Origin: the human T2T-CHM13v2.0 reference genome, Homo sapiens
NCBI RefSeq assembly: GCF_009914755.1
Contig: NC_060944.1
Direction: 5' to 3' (one strand)
DNA length: 64,000 bases
Shown here: piece by piece, positions 56,111 to 64,000 of the stretch
Layout: every line of letters starts with the position of its first letter
How positions within the stretch are numbered: position 1 is the first letter of the stretch
The notes under the pieces: model-generated
Told to the model about the DNA's origin: nothing
What the model saw: the letters and a program-made list of their open reading frames with translations, nothing else
Database searches by the model: none
Made by a program: the position numbers and the translations under genes

Positions 56111-57599
56111 ACAAAAATGCTGCTCTGCACCTGGCTTTTTTCACTTAGCAGTATACTCCGGCCCTCTCTGCAACTGTCCTTGTTTGCAGCTGTGTGGTAT
56201 TCCACCATGGGAATGCACCACGTCCAGTTTTCCAGGCCCCTGTTGATGATGATGTAGGTTGCTGCCTGAGGTTCACTACTACAGACCACACTGACTACGG
56301 GCACCCGGTGTCCGAGTCTTCGAGGACTCAGGCAGGTGCTGTCTAGACTCTGATGGTCAATTCTTAGAGGTAGAGCTGTGCAGGGTAGACACTTTTCCTC
56401 TTCTGAGAGCCATTGCTAATTTGCTTTCCCCAAAGTGTGTGTCCCTGTGTTGTCCCACCAGCACTGCGGCTGAAAGGGAAACTGAGGCACAGGGACAGTT
56501 GGCTGTTCAGAAGGGTGAGAGAAAACAGCTTCATAAGGAATCTCTACTAAAACAACATGCTTTCTCGGTTTCGTTTCTTTCTGATTGCAAAAGTGAAACA
56601 TGTCCATTGAACAAACTTTAGAAAATACAGAGAATTGCAAAGTTAGAAAAGAAGGCCTCCTCCCTCCTCCCCACATACCTACCTCTAGTGGCTGGACAAA
56701 GACGAGGGTTTGGGCCGCAGGGCAAGCTGCCTGGTGTCCTTGCTATCCCCATGCCTGACTTGCTGTGTGGCCCCAGGCAAGTCTCAGCCTCTCTGGACCC
56801 CTGTGTCCTCATGTGTAACTGGGAATCCAAGGGTGCCAGACTCGAAAGGCTGTTGTAAGGATCAGGTGAGATCACGTGGGTACAGGAGTGGCCCAGCACA
56901 AAAGGTTTCATAAGAGGAGGCTATGATAGGTCTTCCTCCTGCCCCTCCGCTTGTGCGGCTGAATCCAGGATTTTTCCCTTGACTTGCCCCGCACAGTGAG
57001 GCCTGGCATTTTCTTCCCGCTCCCCATGCTGGCACGTGACACAGCCCCGGGCACATGGGAGGAACGTGATAAATGCTAATGGATGGCCCGGGAACGCCCT
57101 GTCCTCCACCAAGGTCCTGAAGTCTGAGCAGTGGTTGGTGACGGAAGACCTGGATGCGAAAAGCCGACCACCAGAGTCAAGACCCAGAGAAAACAGCAGG
57201 TGCCTGAGGCAAGGAAGCCGGGATTCCCAGACTCTGGCAGCCTGGCCCCAGCTGTCCCAGAGGGCACCCCGCCAGCCCCTGGGTCCACTCCACCCAGGGT
57301 CCAGCCCTGACTGCGCCAATGGCAGCAAAGATGGCAGGGACCCCAAGGGCAACTTCCCAACCACCAGCAGCATTTAGGGAGCACCAACTGTGTACCCCAC
57401 TCTGGACTGGGCAGCATAGAGATTGTACCGCAGTGAATTCCTGGGGACCAGGGGTGGTGACTTCATTGTCTTCCTGTCCCTAGAGCCCAGCACTGGCTAC
57501 TCATGGATTCAAACATTTATGGTGCACCTACTGTGTACCAGTGACTATGCTGAGTGCATCTGCCTGCCAAGAGAGGGAATTTCTGGACCATATATTTAG

Positions 57600-58333
<734 letters not shown>

Positions 58334-58797
58334 AATTCCCAAGTTAGAAAAAAAGACAACCCTACCACCTACCAGTGATAGGAGGAAGTTCGGGGGCCTT
58401 GGGAGCCCCAGAGGAAGCACCTGACATAGACTGTAGGGCCAGGAGAGGCTTCCAGGAGGAAGTGAGTTCCAGGCAACGACCCCAGGAAGCATGAGAGGGA
58501 AGTTGGGTGGAGGGAAATAGGCCTTTGGGAGGCCGCTGCCCAGGCCTGGCAAGGCAGGCTGGGTGACTGGGTGCTGATGGTCTCACCCATCCCAGCCCAG
58601 CCGAAGGTGAGGGCTCTGTCCGATGCTTCTTGGCAGAGCTTATTGCAGTTGTAACGAAAGCATCACTTCTGTAATTATGTTTCTGTCTTCCTCCCTCCCA
58701 CCCCACCTCTGAACTGGAGCTCTATGAGGGCAGAGCCCGTCCTGTCTGCCTCATCCACCATACTGTCCCCTGGGCCTGGAGCACACAGTAGGTGCTT

Positions 58798-60090
<1,293 letters not shown>

Positions 60091-61719
60091 TCGGATTTTG
60101 CTGTGTGAATAAATGTGTGAATGAATGAATGAATGAGAGAAGGAATGAATGGAGAGCTCCTTTGAGTTGTGCAGGGCCCGCGGGGTGTGGCCAGATGTCT
60201 GCCTAAGGGCCATAGGGAGCTATGGCAGGGTCCCAGCCGGGAGCTGGTTGGGTCTTCCTAGTAGCTGGGACTCCAGACATGCACCACCACGCCCAGCTGA
60301 TTTTTGTATTTTTTGTAGAGATGGGGTCTCGCCATGTTGCCCGGGCTGATACTTCTCTTTTTCTAAGCCACCACGTTTGTGGCGGCCCTGGAAGACTCGT
60401 TTCGGGGCATTTCAGGGCTGTTGTTCAGGCTGTGTTGGGGGCTGGATGCTGTCCAGCCAGTGAGGTGGGGGCTGTGAAGAGCTGTTGAGGGCCCGGCCTC
60501 AAGGAGGTAACCAGGAAATCAGGTTCTGTGGAACCCCTAATCCCAGAAGCCCATGTCCACACCCAACGTGGACACCCACAGCCGAGATTTCGGGGGTCTC
60601 TCCCCTTCTGGTGCCTTGCAGATAAGTTAGAGCCAATGTTTATCCCCGAGTTCTGAATGCACCTCAGAAGGTCCACCCAAGTGAGTCTCATCACCTTCGG
60701 CTACAGCCCAGAGCTCAGGCAGTTGGGAGGGAAGTTCTCCACCTGTCTGCCCTTCGTCCCTCTTGCTGTGACTCTGGAAGTCGGGAGGCAGCAGGATGCA
60801 GGGGAAAGAGCCTAGATCCTGACTCTGCCCAGTGACTGGAGTGACTGTTCCTCACTAAGCCCCATTTTCCCCATCTGTAATTGGGGAAAAGTCATCTGGC
60901 TTTGTAGAAGCTGTTGTGGAGAGTGGAGGCCAACATGGGCTGGCAGAACACCCAGCACATAGTAGGTGCTTCCTAGGAGAAGTGGGCCCTGGGTCCCCTC
61001 TCCAGGCACAGCCCTGAGTCTTAAAGGGAGACTCTGGCTTTCCCAACCTCAGATCTTTTGAAAGCCCTGACACCTTCCCTGTGGCCTGTCCAGTGGCCCC
61101 ACAAGGCCACCCTATCCCCCAAGGAGCTTGACACCCTCGGAGGGAGTAAGACTTGAATTTCATGCTCATAAAATGACTGGAATCAAAGCAGGGCTTATGA
61201 CATGGAGCTGTTTTGAAGTTGGCCCAGGGCAGGAGGGGCGTGAAATTCCTGGCTGTTTTGGCCCCTCTTCAGAGAAACTGGGGCCCCTGGCAGGATGTCT
61301 GGGGCCCAGGCAGGAGGTTAATGGCTGGCTACCTGAGGTACCTGCCATTTTAGCAATGATCCAAATGCCAACATAGACTTTTGGGGAAAAAATTCTAAGT
61401 TTTAGAGAAGACAAATGGGAAAACTCAATTGAAAACCCCCCCCTTATCTGGGGCTGGAGACGGTGAGGACCCAATGGTTGCAGTGTGGGAACTTGGGCCC
61501 TGTAGCTAGGCTTCCCATCCCTGCCTTGCCACTTACTTGCTGTGTTGACGTTGGGCATATTGCCTAGCCTCTCTGTGCCTCAGTTTCCTTCTCTGTTGAG
61601 TGGGCCTAATACCAGTCCTTTCGTCAAAGGCTTGTGGTGAGGGTGACCACATTGACGTCTCCTGCCCTGCTGGCCCAGTCTCTGGGCATCACAAGCTCAG
61701 TCACTGACGCTGTTACTAG

Positions 61720-62349
<630 letters not shown>

Positions 62350-62357
62350 CATGAGAA

Positions 62358-62553
62358 CAGGGTTTCTCAATGTCGGCCACATTCTGGGCCCAGTGTGTCT
62401 CTGCGTGGGGGCTGCCTGTCCTGTCCACCGTGGGATGCTTAGCAGCATCCTGGGCTTCTGCCTACAGATTGGGAGGCCCCCCAGAGTGTGACAACCCAAA
62501 ATGTCTCCTCCACGTGTCCCAGAGAGGGGCAACCCCTGCCTGAGAACTGGGCT
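62358..62553. mobile_element. MER20 (hAT MITE)
   Basis: cagggtttctcaa...ttagcagcatcc...tgtgacaacccaaaatgtctcc...tgagaac. Confidence 0.85.
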
Positions 62554-62688
62554 GGAGTACTGGGGTTGAAATGGTGGAGTGTTTTCTTCTGGATTTTTTC
62601 TCTAACTACACACACTGGGGAAATACAGACACACACTGGGGAAAACAGGCATTTCATTGCATGCCTTGCATTTTCTCTTTATTTTTTA

Positions 62689-63051
<363 letters not shown>

Positions 63052-63502
63052 TTATTTATTTACATACCTATTTAGCATTTTCTCATAAAAAATACAGCTG
63101 GGTGACATCACACATGCATTGAACTTAGGCGAATCCATGTTCTTGGGCTGGGATGAAGGAGAGAGAGCAGTACCATGAGTGATAATGGGGTGATGCTGGC
63201 ATCCGTGACCTGAGCCAGGAGCTGTCACAGGTCCATTGGCTGGGGCTTTCCCCTGTCTTTGCCCTTGTACAGATGGGGAAACTGAGGCTCAGAGACTGGA
63301 CAGGGTTCCAGAATTCCAGGGGTAAACCTCTGGAACCCAGTGTGGCTCCATAACCAGGGCTGCAGATGTCGTCCCCTCTGGGTCAGGCCCCCCGGTGGCT
63401 CCTCAGGGTACCCCCTGTCTGGACCACTTCTGCACCAGGGGCCCCCAAGAGCAGGATAAGGAATCAAGAGGGGTTGAGCAGGTGGGAAGGAAGTGAGGGG
63501 TT

Positions 63503-64000
<498 letters not shown>

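Noticed and set aside
57036-57377. 113-aa ORF in unique sequence
   Set aside because: GTG start, no recognisable protein, no convincing flanking splice sites; PhyloCSF or Ribo-seq would be needed

Overview
Primate (almost certainly human) non-coding genomic DNA from a GC-rich, very Alu-dense region. Roughly 70-80 Alu/FLAM copies or fragments cover about 35-40% of the window (estimated by eye). There are also many MIR and L2 remnants, two L1MB-type 3' ends, an MLT1-type and an LTR16-type solo LTR, and MER1B, MER5, MER20 and MER53 DNA-transposon relics. I find no credible protein-coding exon, structural RNA gene or CRISPR array. The ORF track is almost entirely Alu/MIR/L2 translations or GC-rich chance ORFs. 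I cannot name the locus. The non-repeat sequence looks like a cis-regulatory landscape: an orphan CpG island (~9.4-9.95 kb), two promoter-like blocks (~14.7-15.25 kb and ~52.8-53.0 kb) and several motif-dense islands sharing a forkhead/posterior-HOX-like RTAAAC or YMATAAA core. One 15-mer is shared 14/15 between 39.9 kb and 52.9 kb. The clearest oddities are two short non-tandem local duplications (272 bp at 97% identity, 2985 bp apart; ~149 bp, 311 bp apart), an unexplained AT-rich ~730 bp block, and a tail-to-tail inverted Alu pair with a ~14 nt loop. No new biological system is demonstrated; the findings are testable leads. Repeat boundaries and subfamily calls are by eye and approximate.
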